IMG/VR virus record: IMGVR_UViG_3300030329_001359
Coordinates: 32,001-96,000 of that record
Direction: 5' to 3' (one strand)
From: a virus
DNA: 64,000 bases
Below the pieces are notes generated by a model. It was given only the letters and a program-made list of their open reading frames with translations. It made no database searches and had not been told where the DNA came from. A program made the position numbers and the translations under genes. Shown here one piece after another: positions 11,017-21,376 of this stretch (position 1 is the stretch's first letter; the number at the start of each line of letters is the position of its first letter).

Positions 11017-13104
11017 TTATCGTAACTCTTCTATTCTATCGAATTGAGACCTATGTTTAAATCGTGACCCTATACCTTCTGAAAATCTAATTTGAGGAGC
11101 TTCGTCTAAACCTATCATTAAAGGCTCTCTACCACTTCCATATATATAATAATCCCAAAGACCAGAATCTCCTATTTTCGCAGCTACATCTCTTATTTCT
11201 TTTAACTCATCTACTAAATCAGCACCTTCTTCATGTAGAGTTTCCCAACCTTCTCCCATATATGAATAAGAATCGAAATAACCTTTACGATAATATTGCA
11301 ATTGGTCATCGCCTTCAGCCTCTAACCATTCTGAAAACTCATCTTTCTTATCTCTTTCTATTTGCTCAAGCCTTGCTATAATCTCAACAGCCCTTTCAGA
11401 CGCAGGAGTACCATCTCCTTCCATACCAGTTTCATAATAAGCAGTACGAGCTTGTTCATCTGTCCAATTAAATGAAGGTCTCATTGCTTTTCCTCTGTAC
11501 TCATTCATGTATCCAATGACATCGTTACCATAACCAGCATCTCTAGCATTTTTATATATAGCTCCATACTCCATATTAAATTCATCATTGAATTGTTGCA
11601 TTGCTATTAGCTCATCTACTTCTTCTTGGTTATTTACATTATCTACAATTTCATTGCCAAGTCTATCTGTTCTTGCACCAACATTACGACCTCCACTAAC
11701 AGGGTCTGCATTAACACCAATAGAATTTAATAATAAACCTTTTTGGTCATTAATCCCACTATACAATTCTTTAGCTTTACTATATTCTCTAAAAAATGAT
11801 ATAGCTCCATTAATAACAACTTCAGGATTGGCTAATGGAATTTCTATTCCTAATATTGTACCACCATCTAAATCTAATTCATCTATTCTCTCAGCTGCAT
11901 ATTTAAGCTGACTATCTTCATGTGGCACAAACATAAACTTCTCACCATCTTTTCTTACAAAATCAGCTTTACTTGATTTGTATTCAGGATTATCTTTTAC
12001 AAATTTATCCATTTCAACTATTTGACCACTATACCATAAAGCTAATGACTCGTAATCATTACGAAAACCAGAGTCAATATCTTGCAATCCAATTTCATAC
12101 TTATCAAGTTCTCTAATAGCACTAGTCATTCTTTGTTCTAGCTTAGACATATATTGTTTTGAACCAGCAAGACCAGACCTATCTGGTATTGTATCTCCTT
12201 GAAAAAATTCTAATACTGGATTGTCCTCTATTTGTTTAGCTGTAAAATCAGAACCCATTTGAGTAACAACCCCATTAAATTCTTTAACATTTGCATCAAG
12301 TTGTTTCTGCATAGCCTTTGCAGTTACTTGAGCTGCAGGAGGAAGTAATCCTATTTCTTGTTGTCTCTTTATTACATTTGCTCTATTTGCTTGAACAGCG
12401 TATACATCATTAAGAACTTGCATTTGTTCTTTTGTATATTGACCAAAGTGACTTCTTAATCTACGTTGTACTTCAGCTTCATTTCCTCCAAACTGTTGAA
12501 CAGTAGCGTTATAATCTTCTTCATTAATACCTATGAAGCCAGCCATTTCCCTTTCATCTACAACCCAATCTCCCATCACACCTTGAGCCATTTCTGATTC
12601 ATAGAACTGTTTAGACATTTCTTTTAATGAATTATCTACAGCGTCGTATTCTCTTTTATGTTGATTTAATACAGCAATCCTTTCTTCTAAATCTTCATTT
12701 TGACCAGTAACTGCACTAATTTTCTCACCAACACTAGCACTTGCTAATTGATTAAAATCAAGTTTAGCTATATTGTCTTCATATACAAGGTCTAATATTC
12801 CCCTAGCGTCATCTGTTTGGTCTTCAGCTTTTAATTGACTTTGTTCTTGAATAGAAATTCCTAATCCTTCTAAACCAGTTTCAAGAACTTTAACTTCTTT
12901 TTCCAAAGCTCTTTGGTCTTGTAAAGCAGAATTAAGAAGATACATATTAGCTTGATGTTTCCTAGCTAAAGCTGTTTCGTGAGCACGAGCTTCTTCTCTT
13001 CTTGTTTCAAGATTGGTCGCCAAAGTAAGCTTCATGTCAGCATCGACTTCAGCTTTCTTTTGTCTTTCTAAAGACGCTAATAATTGTAAAAATTGACCAG
13101 CCAT
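11017..13104 (-). CDS. Putative internal virion/ejection protein (695 aa)
   Basis: Helical, coiled-coil and acidic; lies between small Ala/Gly-rich ejection-type genes and the giant cargo gene. Confidence 0.55.
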   Translation of the reverse strand: MAGQFLQLLASLERQKKAEVDADMKLTLATNLETRREEARAHETALARKHQANMYLLNSALQDQRALEKEVKVLETGLEGLGISIQEQSQLKAEDQTDDARGILDLVYEDNIAKLDFNQLASASVGEKISAVTGQNEDLEERIAVLNQHKREYDAVDNSLKEMSKQFYESEMAQGVMGDWVVDEREMAGFIGINEEDYNATVQQFGGNEAEVQRRLRSHFGQYTKEQMQVLNDVYAVQANRANVIKRQQEIGLLPPAAQVTAKAMQKQLDANVKEFNGVVTQMGSDFTAKQIEDNPVLEFFQGDTIPDRSGLAGSKQYMSKLEQRMTSAIRELDKYEIGLQDIDSGFRNDYESLALWYSGQIVEMDKFVKDNPEYKSSKADFVRKDGEKFMFVPHEDSQLKYAAERIDELDLDGGTILGIEIPLANPEVVINGAISFFREYSKAKELYSGINDQKGLLLNSIGVNADPVSGGRNVGARTDRLGNEIVDNVNNQEEVDELIAMQQFNDEFNMEYGAIYKNARDAGYGNDVIGYMNEYRGKAMRPSFNWTDEQARTAYYETGMEGDGTPASERAVEIIARLEQIERDKKDEFSEWLEAEGDDQLQYYRKGYFDSYSYMGEGWETLHEEGADLVDELKEIRDVAAKIGDSGLWDYYIYGSGREPLMIGLDEAPQIRFSEGIGSRFKHRSQFDRIEELR

Positions 13105-13622
13105 TATAACATCGCCAATAGTTCTTCTCGTTGAGCTTCAAGACCACCCATAATTTCTTCATGTCTAAGAAATGCTGACCTTTCAGCTTCTTTATCTCTT
13201 AATGTTATTTCTTCCATGCTCATATCGTAAGACTCTTTTAAGTCTCCCATAGTTTCTTCATACTTTGCTTCAACATCTACCTTAGCTCTTTCAGATGCTC
13301 CTCCCCCGTATCTGCTTTTTCCAACTAATTGGGTAAGGGCAGTTCCAACTTCCTCTTCTAATCCTTCTGCTTTTTGCCCAGTTCCTAGCTGAAGTTTCTC
13401 AGTAGCAAGAGCAGTTTGTTGTTTAATCATATCCAACTCATCTTTATAAACAAGTTTTTCAGCATTTAGTTGAGCTAGTATATCTTGAGCTTGTCTTTGT
13501 CTTAAATTTCTAATTTTCGTTTGTTCTTCTTTACCAGCCACAGCAGATTGATGAGACCTATAGCCTGAATAAACAGCCGAACCTGCTGAAACTGCTCCAG
13601 CTATTGCTGTTACACCAGCCAT
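13104..13622 (-). CDS. Putative small ejection protein (T7 gp14-like position and composition)
   Basis: Ala/Gly-rich hydrophobic N-terminus MAGVTAIAGAVSAGSAVY followed by coiled coil; TAATG-coupled. Confidence 0.55.
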   Translation of the reverse strand: MAGVTAIAGAVSAGSAVYSGYRSHQSAVAGKEEQTKIRNLRQRQAQDILAQLNAEKLVYKDELDMIKQQTALATEKLQLGTGQKAEGLEEEVGTALTQLVGKSRYGGGASERAKVDVEAKYEETMGDLKESYDMSMEEITLRDKEAERSAFLRHEEIMGGLEAQREELLAML

Positions 13623-14011
13623 TATAAAGCCTTCACATAGGTATCTAAACCTATGTCTCCACTTTCATATTTTCTACGTTTCATAAATTTTTTTAATTTA
13701 TTATTTTCTAAAAATGTTAATACCATTTTATATCCATCTCCTTTAGCTAAATCTTCTATTGTTTCACACAATAAAGATAAAGCTTTAATAAATTGTTTAG
13801 GCTTTGCTTCAGGATTCTTTACAATCCATTCTACTAAAGCTGTTAATCCATTTGTCTTTACATACCAACCAGCCACAATTGGCAAGTCTTCATCCATTAT
13901 TAGAAAGCCAGAGTTTGTCAATAAGTATGGATGTACTGGTTCCCAATCGTGAGATTTCCACCATTCACTTATTGTTTCATAATCGTCTGAGTCTATCAAT
14001 TTAATTTTCAT
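13622..14011 (-). CDS. GNAT-fold acetyltransferase-like protein
   Basis: 129 aa with GNAT-like pattern (GFLI..DLPIVAGW..VEWIV..AKGDGYKMVL); typical position next to podovirus ejection genes. Confidence 0.65.
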   Translation of the reverse strand: MKIKLIDSDDYETISEWWKSHDWEPVHPYLLTNSGFLIMDEDLPIVAGWYVKTNGLTALVEWIVKNPEAKPKQFIKALSLLCETIEDLAKGDGYKMVLTFLENNKLKKFMKRRKYESGDIGLDTYVKAL

Positions 14012-14970
14012 TTTAAATCTTCATATCGATGATAATCAAAATCTTTAGGGTTTAACTTCATATCCCTTAATCTTTGATTAAACTCAGTAAAACTTTCTCC
14101 TTCCATTGGAGATGCTACATCTTTTTCTGTAACATATTCAGCTTTTTGTTTATTTAATTGTTCAAGATGGTCTAACTCTGCTGCTTTTTCAGCTTTTGTT
14201 TTAAAGTTTTTTAAATATTCTTTATGTTCAGGACTTCCAGTTTTGACAACTGTTCCATCTGGTAATTTAAAATCTATTGGTTCTGGTGGCTGACCACCAG
14301 TAGCATTTTGTTTTTGTTCTTGTTGATTATTATTTTCAATAACTGTAGTTCCATCTAAACCAGCAGAATCAGATTGTTCCATTCCAGCAGCTTTCATAGC
14401 TTCTTTTTCTGCCATTGCAAGTTGGTCTGAAGTTATTCCACCTACTGCAGTTTCTGTATCTGTACCAATACTTTCATATAAACTCTTGTATCCAGTAATT
14501 GTACCAGATTCATCTCTTATAGCTGTTCCCATCCTAGTAGCAGCAACAGAATCTGCTCTACCAACATTCATTAAGTCAGCAACAGAAAATTCTTTACCCC
14601 CTATAGTTTGAGTTTCAACTTCTTCACCAGCACTCTTAAACCATCTATCCATCCAATTATCAGCTCCTTGATAACCAGATTCTTCAAATGTTCCCCCCAA
14701 ACCAGAACCTTCAAATACAGTTCTAGCTCCTTCTTCAGCTTGTTCCCAAGACTTTATATTCTCTCCTATCGCTGATGATAGTTGAGCGACTCCACCAGCA
14801 ATGCCCTGAACTAAACCTAAACCAGATTGTACAACAGCTTCTTCAGCAAGCCTTTCTTGCCTATCAGCCCTTACTCCAGCTGTATAGTCCCTACGAACCA
14901 TTGAACGACCTCTTATAGCCGAACCTAAACCTGAAGGTGCTTTATAACCATTTGACATAATCGAATCCAT
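14008..14970 (-). CDS. Putative internal virion protein (320 aa)
   Basis: Gly/Ala-rich amphipathic segment GLGLVQGIAGGVAQLSSAIG; located in the ejection block. Confidence 0.5.
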   Translation of the reverse strand: MDSIMSNGYKAPSGLGSAIRGRSMVRRDYTAGVRADRQERLAEEAVVQSGLGLVQGIAGGVAQLSSAIGENIKSWEQAEEGARTVFEGSGLGGTFEESGYQGADNWMDRWFKSAGEEVETQTIGGKEFSVADLMNVGRADSVAATRMGTAIRDESGTITGYKSLYESIGTDTETAVGGITSDQLAMAEKEAMKAAGMEQSDSAGLDGTTVIENNNQQEQKQNATGGQPPEPIDFKLPDGTVVKTGSPEHKEYLKNFKTKAEKAAELDHLEQLNKQKAEYVTEKDVASPMEGESFTEFNQRLRDMKLNPKDFDYHRYEDLK

Positions 14971-15004
14971 TTAAATTTAATGCTTGTAATTTATATTTCA
15001 TAGT

Positions 15005-15676
15005 TTAACTTAGGTCTACTTCTACTTTCCAAACTGATGTCGCTAACCAATATGTAGTCCCAGAAGGGTCTGTATTTGCTTGAATACTTATACCAGTTTT
15101 CTGTCCAATGTCTACAGTTAAGCTATCATAGGGAGAGTTAATAAGAAAATCAGAACCATTTACCACAAAATACTTTCTATCATCTGTTGATAAAACATTT
15201 CTATGTGTATAACTACCCAATTCATTTATCGCAGTATCACCATCTTTTACAAAATCTATAGTAAATGTAAAGTCAGCATTTGCTGTTACCGATACTGGTC
15301 TAACTAGAATTTTGTGAAATGTCATTTTAAAAGGAGGAAGGTATGCATCAAAATATCTCATATTAGTATTTTCTTCATGTGCTCCCCACGGAAAATAATG
15401 TTTATCAGTTCCTATATCATCTTGAAAACTATGCTGAAATGTTCTGTAGTCTGTAAATTTAGTATAGCTTAAATCTCCAGCTTCAACACTTCTAGGAGTT
15501 ATTTTATTAAGAGACTTATCAATATTAGCTGAAGAATTGAACTGAGTATGAAATAATTGACTTCCTTGTTTTGTATACATAGCAACGCCTTTAGAGTTTC
15601 TAGCAAATACTATTTGTCCATCTCTCATTGAAGATGCTGAAGGAGGGCTATTTCTAAATGTAATATTTTGTTGCAC
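15005..15676 (-). CDS. Putative tail accessory protein (223 aa)
   Basis: Directly downstream of the nozzle gene; beta-rich C-terminal domain. Confidence 0.4.
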   Translation of the reverse strand: MQQNITFRNSPPSASSMRDGQIVFARNSKGVAMYTKQGSQLFHTQFNSSANIDKSLNKITPRSVEAGDLSYTKFTDYRTFQHSFQDDIGTDKHYFPWGAHEENTNMRYFDAYLPPFKMTFHKILVRPVSVTANADFTFTIDFVKDGDTAINELGSYTHRNVLSTDDRKYFVVNGSDFLINSPYDSLTVDIGQKTGISIQANTDPSGTTYWLATSVWKVEVDLS

Positions 15677-18600
15677 TATGATACTCTTTTATGTATAGTT
15701 CTATATTCAAAACTAATATCATTAATAGAAACTCCATTTGCAGTACCTCCATCATTGAAATATAAAGCTATACTTTGACAAGGAAATGGATTGTCAAAAC
15801 TAAAAACAGCTACATTCCATTTAGATTGACTAGCAAGAAATGAACCAGTTAATGCATAAGTGGAAGCAGAATGAGGAGTTGAAATACTCGTTTGAGCAAA
15901 TGTTGTATTTCCATCTGCTGCTACTTTTATTAAGTTATCTAATTGACTACCAGCTGAGTTCATATATGTTATATATATTTTATATATCTTTTTAACTCTA
16001 CTAGGGTCATCAAAATCATAATCTTTTGTTATAAATGATGGTGCTGCAGTCGCAACAGAAGTTGGACTTAATTGTTTAAATGCTGCCTTGTATGCATATA
16101 TAGACCTACTAGAACTATGAGCAATGCTAGATGTGGAATTATACCCAGGTTCTACAACAACTTTATCTGATATTACATTTTTAACAAAAAATTCTTCATT
16201 TCCGTCTCCAACTTCAGGAACAGAGTCGTCACTAGAATCTGCTGCTACAAGCCTATCTCCAACTTGAATATTATTTGCTGCAGATGCGTTCAAATCAAGA
16301 GTTATATTTTTTATAGAAACTTCATTTATATACCAAGCTGTTTCTACTGCTGTTCCTGTACCATCACTACCATCGTGATATATCATAATACAGGGGTCTG
16401 CGCTCGCAGAAGAACATTCTACATCAAGGGTATACTCAGTAGAAACATTTGTTATTGTTCCTATGTCAACAATATTACTAAAAAAATTAAGTTTAAAAAC
16501 TATATTTTCAATATTATCACCAGCACTACCAGCGTGTTGCAAATTAATAGTAACTCTATAAAAAGAAGATGCAATTATAGCAGCACTCGTTAATTTATTA
16601 AGAGCCAATTGAGCACCTTCTTTATTACCATTATTGTTAGTATGGTCTAATTCAAGTCTATCATTAGCAGTACTATGAGAAAAAGCAGGGGCTACTCCAT
16701 CTGGGGAATACTCAGTCCAATCTTGACTACCAGAGTTAAATCTTATATTTTTAGTATCAGTTATAACATCAACATCAAAATCTGGAAAATCTGTTCCTAA
16801 ATTTAGACCAGTATCAACATAACCTTCATGAGCTATTACAACATTATCATTCCAATCCTTAATTGGATTTGTATAAGCAACCCCATCAGTAAATATACTA
16901 TCATTATAAGTCCAAGATTTAGTCATGAAATTATATATATAGCATATATCTTCAGTACTTCCACCCTTAGTAGGGTCTTTCATTATGTATATTTGTTTTT
17001 CTTTTGGAGCAAACATTATTAATGGATTTACAGTATAAACAGCAGATTGAATAAATGACTCCCAACTAGGAGGAAGAGTTGCCCCATGATAAGAATTTTC
17101 TGTATCTTTTATTTTTTGCTCTGTCAAGTCAGTAACATTTTTACCATCGTAATAAAAACAACCGCTTCTATTAGCCCAAACTATTCCATAAGGAGTATCT
17201 ATAGCACTAGCTGGATGCTGTAAACCATTATTTTTCATTGTTTGCTCTGGAAACCAGTTAATAGGTTCTGGTTGAGCCACATTCCAAATGTGTACACTAT
17301 TTGATTTAAACACAAAAAGTTTATTTGTAAAAAATTTTATTTGAACAATATCATCCGAATCTCCTTCAGATACATTAATATAATTAAACCCAGGGATAAC
17401 ATCATATTTTCTATATTCGCTATACATAACTCTATCACCAAACCTAGTTAAAGAACCAGAAGAGTTTTCTCTTAATTTAACATTTCCATACCAAGCTCTT
17501 TCCCCTCCAACAGTAGAACATTTATAACTTTCACCTAAATGACCTATGCTATTTCTAATCATATCTGGATAATAATTATTAATATCTTCATATTTATATG
17601 GAGATACTTCTTCAGAAATTAAGTTTTTAGATACATCACCACCCCCAGGTACTGGATGAGATTGTATTTCTCCAAGATAAAAACAATCATTTGGAACAAC
17701 TCCACTTGCCCATATTTGGTCTGCGTCTGTAGCATCTCCATCAGTTTCAGTACCAGTTACTTTTCTCCAAGTGACATAATCACCAGTTAAACTAGTTCGA
17801 CCACCTTTTGCTAAATCAATATCAACTAATAAAGACCAATTCTCATCTCCAATTTTTTTAATATAAATTCTACCACCAGTTACTCTTGCTGGGTACGGTC
17901 CGAAAGCCGCTACCCTTATTCTTAATCTCATGCCTTCATTGTTCTGAGGAATAGTAAATTTTTTAATTGTATCTGTGTTTACATAATCTTTTTTAGTTCT
18001 TAATAAAGATTCTTGGTCTCCATCATATATAAAAGATTGAGCAAATTCATAATCTCCAGATTCATAACCTAAATAACCTTCACCATCAGTATCATATTGA
18101 ACAGTAAAGTTAAAACCACATCCATATTGAACTATATTTGGATAAGCATCTGTATCTATAGTTGTAGGATTAGTAGTCCCATATCCTCTATAAACATACA
18201 TTCTATTATTTTCTATATCTAAATTTCTAACAACCATCCTTTCAGCGTAAAATGTAACCCCAGAATCAATTCTTCCATTTGTATTTGATAAACCAATAAC
18301 AGCTCCAATAGGGATTTTACTGATAGAAGAATTTCTTACTTCTATATAAGTTTGAGTTGCAGTTGGATTTTTGTTTGCATCTGATTTTATTTGACAAGCA
18401 CCTTGAGGGTCTGTTTCGTATACACCAGTTGTACTTGAAAGAATATTATTTAAAGACCTAACTAAATGATAATCAGTATTAACTTTTTGGCGTTCCCCTG
18501 CTGTGGTTGTAGTATCTGAAAAACCATAAAATTTTGTATCATCAGCTCCCCCAAGAACAATACCATCTAAATACCAATTGTCATTTGAAAATCCCCCAGC

Positions 18601-19236
18601 TGATGAAGAACCTATTGTCAATAATCCTCCACTAGAGGGCTTTGGTAAAGTATTTATAGATTCTTGCCAGCCTAAAAAACTCCCAGTTCCATGTGTACTA
18701 GCAAAAGAACCAGAGCTATTAAATTGTACAGTTTCATAAAATTTATAATGTTTTATTAATGAGGTATTAGTATCATTAGAATCGCAAACTCTTAATGAAC
18801 CTTGACCAGCGGTAAATACAAATTCAGCATTACTACCAGACATAACTGGACTTATTGCATTTGCAGTCCAACCACTTGTCCCAACTTCAACTCCTGGGGT
18901 TCCAGATTCTATTACAGTCCCAGTGCTAGAATTGGTAGAGCCATTATAAGACCAAATATTTACAGTACCAGAATCTTCATCTCCTAATGCTACTAATTTA
19001 TCGCCAGTTGTTCCTACTGGAATAATATCTACATCAGTTTGGTCTAATTCTTGTGTAATTGGAGGACCAGTCAATCCCATATAGGAATGACTTCCATCTG
19101 TTGTTATTGCATTTACTGTATATATACCATCATTATCATCAGTATTTTTAACAATTACAGTATCCCCAACTGAAAAATTTGAAAATCCAGTTTCTGTATT
19201 TAGTTTTTTTACAAATTGACCAACTGGGAGAGCCAT
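15676..19236 (-). CDS. Tail nozzle / stabilisation protein (P22 gp10 / T7 gp12-like), main part, with inserted domains
   Basis: Propeller-like motifs (RVMYS..DDIVQIKFFTNKLFVFKSNSVHIW, TPYGIVWANRSGCFYYDG) and C-terminal FITKDYDFDDPSRVKKIYKIYITY. Confidence 0.7.
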   Translation of the reverse strand: MALPVGQFVKKLNTETGFSNFSVGDTVIVKNTDDNDGIYTVNAITTDGSHSYMGLTGPPITQELDQTDVDIIPVGTTGDKLVALGDEDSGTVNIWSYNGSTNSSTGTVIESGTPGVEVGTSGWTANAISPVMSGSNAEFVFTAGQGSLRVCDSNDTNTSLIKHYKFYETVQFNSSGSFASTHGTGSFLGWQESINTLPKPSSGGLLTIGSSSAGGFSNDNWYLDGIVLGGADDTKFYGFSDTTTTAGERQKVNTDYHLVRSLNNILSSTTGVYETDPQGACQIKSDANKNPTATQTYIEVRNSSISKIPIGAVIGLSNTNGRIDSGVTFYAERMVVRNLDIENNRMYVYRGYGTTNPTTIDTDAYPNIVQYGCGFNFTVQYDTDGEGYLGYESGDYEFAQSFIYDGDQESLLRTKKDYVNTDTIKKFTIPQNNEGMRLRIRVAAFGPYPARVTGGRIYIKKIGDENWSLLVDIDLAKGGRTSLTGDYVTWRKVTGTETDGDATDADQIWASGVVPNDCFYLGEIQSHPVPGGGDVSKNLISEEVSPYKYEDINNYYPDMIRNSIGHLGESYKCSTVGGERAWYGNVKLRENSSGSLTRFGDRVMYSEYRKYDVIPGFNYINVSEGDSDDIVQIKFFTNKLFVFKSNSVHIWNVAQPEPINWFPEQTMKNNGLQHPASAIDTPYGIVWANRSGCFYYDGKNVTDLTEQKIKDTENSYHGATLPPSWESFIQSAVYTVNPLIMFAPKEKQIYIMKDPTKGGSTEDICYIYNFMTKSWTYNDSIFTDGVAYTNPIKDWNDNVVIAHEGYVDTGLNLGTDFPDFDVDVITDTKNIRFNSGSQDWTEYSPDGVAPAFSHSTANDRLELDHTNNNGNKEGAQLALNKLTSAAIIASSFYRVTINLQHAGSAGDNIENIVFKLNFFSNIVDIGTITNVSTEYTLDVECSSASADPCIMIYHDGSDGTGTAVETAWYINEVSIKNITLDLNASAANNIQVGDRLVAADSSDDSVPEVGDGNEEFFVKNVISDKVVVEPGYNSTSSIAHSSSRSIYAYKAAFKQLSPTSVATAAPSFITKDYDFDDPSRVKKIYKIYITYMNSAGSQLDNLIKVAADGNTTFAQTSISTPHSASTYALTGSFLASQSKWNVAVFSFDNPFPCQSIALYFNDGGTANGVSINDISFEYRTIHKRVS

Positions 19237-19598
19237 TATAAACCTGAAGGTGGTGTAGGAGCAGTAGGACTACTTAAATTAGCCTCAGTTCCACCAGTAT
19301 GAAATTCAACAGTAGCACCAGTAAGACCAGTTCCACCAGAGACATCATGGTCGCTTTCAAAATAAAACAGATTTCTACCCCCAGAATTCCCAATAATAAA
19401 AGAACTTTTACTAGAAATACTTTTATTTGATACTAGACCATTATGGGCTATCAAGCTACCAGAAGGTCTTAAAGCTCCAAGTTGGTCTACATAAAAGTTG
19501 TTTAAGTAAGCAAACTCTCTTTTATCAATATCTCTAGGGTCTTGTACTGAATTAATCCCACCAGAAAAATCTCTAACAGTAAATATTTTCTTAGGCAT
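19236..19598 (-). CDS. N-terminal piece of the tail nozzle/stabilisation protein
   Basis: MPKKIFTVRDFSGGINSVQDPRDI..LNNFYVDQLGAL resembles the usual nozzle-family N-terminus; start moved to the ATG at 19598. Confidence 0.6.
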   Translation of the reverse strand: MPKKIFTVRDFSGGINSVQDPRDIDKREFAYLNNFYVDQLGALRPSGSLIAHNGLVSNKSISSKSSFIIGNSGGRNLFYFESDHDVSGGTGLTGATVEFHTGGTEANLSSPTAPTPPSGL

Positions 19599-19599
19599 A

Positions 19600-20079
19600 T
19601 CACGAGCCACCATCTGCTAATATTGCAGCAACATGGCAATTTACAGTACCACTATGAGTCCCACTAGGTTTACCAGATGCTCCAGTCATTGTAACTGGTA
19701 TAACATGGACAGAGCCAATTGGAGTTAAACGACATTTCATAACTAACATCTCCCCAGCTCCTATAAACATATTACCAGCACTATTCCAAGCGGCTGTACC
19801 AGCGTCTATTCTTACAGCTATTCCATCTGTTGCTGTTCCAGATATATTTTTTATAGCTATCCATTCTACATCATCATCAGCTACTACGATTGCAGTTGTT
19901 GTACCAAGAAAATTTGTTGTTCCAAGTAAATCACCACTACTACCAGTAACTCCTACTTCAGCAAATACCCATTTATCACCAGAATCTGCAGGTGTATAAT
20001 CACATATACCAGATATTTTAGAACGTATTTCATCTAAAAATATTTCAGTAGATATATTTGAAGTTCCAGCGTCAGCCAT
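19600..20079 (-). CDS. Putative virion structural protein (159 aa)
   Basis: Gly/Thr/Ala-rich beta protein in the tail block; weak resemblance to 29740..30228. Confidence 0.45.
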   Translation of the reverse strand: MADAGTSNISTEIFLDEIRSKISGICDYTPADSGDKWVFAEVGVTGSSGDLLGTTNFLGTTTAIVVADDDVEWIAIKNISGTATDGIAVRIDAGTAAWNSAGNMFIGAGEMLVMKCRLTPIGSVHVIPVTMTGASGKPSGTHSGTVNCHVAAILADGGS

Positions 20080-20082
20080 TTA

Positions 20083-20175
20083 TTAATACCTTTTCTTCAT
20101 TTTTTTAGATGATTTCTTACCTTTCTTAGGTGGTCTACCACGCTTTGAACCATAAGTTCCTTTTCCTTTAGGCAT
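20083..20175 (-). CDS. 30-aa basic AT-hook-like peptide
   Basis: MPKGKGTYGSKRGRPPKKGKKSSKKMKKRY; upstream AAGGAG Shine-Dalgarno; exactly fills the intergenic gap. Confidence 0.75.
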   Translation of the reverse strand: MPKGKGTYGSKRGRPPKKGKKSSKKMKKRY

Positions 20176-20177
20176 AA

Positions 20178-20336
20178 TTAACTCCTTATTCCCATTCTTG
20201 TTTCTAGTTTAGTCAATCTTGACTCAATAATTTCTAACTTAGAAAGAACTTTTAAAAACCTTTTTTGAGAATTAGATAATTCTTTCTTTGGTTTAGTTTC
20301 TTCTTTTTTAGAAAAAGCATTAGTAATTGATTGCAT
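20178..20336 (-). CDS. Hypothetical protein (52 aa)
   Basis: ATG (MQSITNAF) immediately after the upstream stop; coiled-coil end. Confidence 0.55.
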   Translation of the reverse strand: MQSITNAFSKKEETKPKKELSNSQKRFLKVLSKLEIIESRLTKLETRMGIRS

Positions 20337-20337
20337 A

Positions 20338-20565
20338 TTACTTACCTTTAAAAACGCCTTCAAGAACATCTGTAACCACGTCAACTACTTTTTCAAAGAA
20401 TATTTGCTCTTTATCTTCAGAAACAAATGGGATGTCGATTCTTTTATTGATTGCACTAGCAATCTTTTCAGTCATCTCATCTGAGCCTAGATGCTTTACA
20501 GCCTCTTCTTGCATTTTCTCTGCTTGCTGTTCAGCAAGTTTAATTAACATTGATTTAATATCCAT
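20338..20565 (-). CDS. Hypothetical protein (75 aa)
   Basis: Strong AAGGAG SD; motif IASAINKRIDIPFVSEDKEQ. Confidence 0.7.
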   Translation of the reverse strand: MDIKSMLIKLAEQQAEKMQEEAVKHLGSDEMTEKIASAINKRIDIPFVSEDKEQIFFEKVVDVVTDVLEGVFKGK

Positions 20566-20576
20566 GTTTTCTCCTT

Positions 20577-20780
20577 TTATTTTAAAGCTCCAAGTAAAAC
20601 AGTTAACAAAGCCATTCCTCCTAGCATATAATTACGCCAGTTTTCAAGAGACCTTGTTCTACCATTTGACAATCTGAGCTGTTCTTTTATGTCAGGTAGC
20701 TCCCTATGTAGAATAGTTTCTATTCTAGTAAGTCTTTCTTTTATATCAAGTCTATACTTATCAATCGGTTCGTAGTCCAT
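20577..20780 (-). CDS. Small coiled-coil protein with C-terminal TM helix (holin/hemolysin XhlA-like candidate)
   Basis: RLTRIET..NGRTRSLENWRNYMLGGMALLTVLLG. Confidence 0.5.
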   Translation of the reverse strand: MDYEPIDKYRLDIKERLTRIETILHRELPDIKEQLRLSNGRTRSLENWRNYMLGGMALLTVLLGALK

Positions 20781-20958
20781 TTTCTTTGCTCTTTATTTCC
20801 ATTATTTCGTCTCGAAGTAAAGCCATCTTTTCATTATGTTCTATTTTCATTTCTAAAGCCTGAACTCTTAACTCCATTTGATACCAGCCCCAAGCGACTG
20901 CTCCAAGTACGCTAATAATATTAAAGATAAATTTTGCATCTAGTTTAATGCCGCCCAT
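20761..20958 (-). CDS. Small membrane protein
   Basis: One TM helix FIFNIISVLGAVAWGWY followed by coiled coil. Confidence 0.5.
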   Translation of the reverse strand: MGGIKLDAKFIFNIISVLGAVAWGWYQMELRVQALEMKIEHNEKMALLRDEIMEIKSKENGLRTD

Positions 20959-21262
20959 TTATTCTGCTCATTGAGCCTTTTAATTCTGATACTTGATTAT
21001 CAAGGTCATTTATTTCTTTTGTAATAGCGTCGAACTTTCTATCTAATTTATCATCAGATGTATTCCATCTGCCAATTAATTTAATAATCATGCCTTCCAT
21101 GTTCTCAAGTGTTTCTGATTGACCTCTGTTTTCAACTTTTAATTTTTCTAATGCTTCTTGCTGAGTTTCAGATTTTTTAGATAAAGACATAACTAGATAT
21201 ACAAACATAACTCCAACAACTCCAATCATTCCAGCTTCGCCATATACTGCCATGAAATCCAT
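20945..21262 (-). CDS. Putative holin-like membrane protein
   Basis: N-terminal TM AGMIGVVGVMFVYLVM plus long coiled coil (BhlA/UviB-like architecture). Confidence 0.5.
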   Translation of the reverse strand: MDFMAVYGEAGMIGVVGVMFVYLVMSLSKKSETQQEALEKLKVENRGQSETLENMEGMIIKLIGRWNTSDDKLDRKFDAITKEINDLDNQVSELKGSMSRINGRH

Positions 21263-21376
21263 TTAAGCCTCTGCCATTTTTATAGTTGGATTATACATCC
21301 TATTTTCCCAAAAAAGAACTGTTAATTCCTGCATTTCTTTTAAATCATATCCCATAAGATAAAATATTGTATTCAC
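21263..21376 (-). CDS. Hypothetical protein (37 aa)
   Basis: GTG overlapping the upstream TGA; MNTIFYLMGYDLKEMQELTVLFWENRMYNPTIKMAEA fills the gap exactly. Confidence 0.45.
   Translation of the reverse strand: MNTIFYLMGYDLKEMQELTVLFWENRMYNPTIKMAEA

Noticed and set aside
14972-15003. Possible promoter before the ejection genes
   Set aside because: TAAATT is present but the -35 match is weak in a very AT-rich context.
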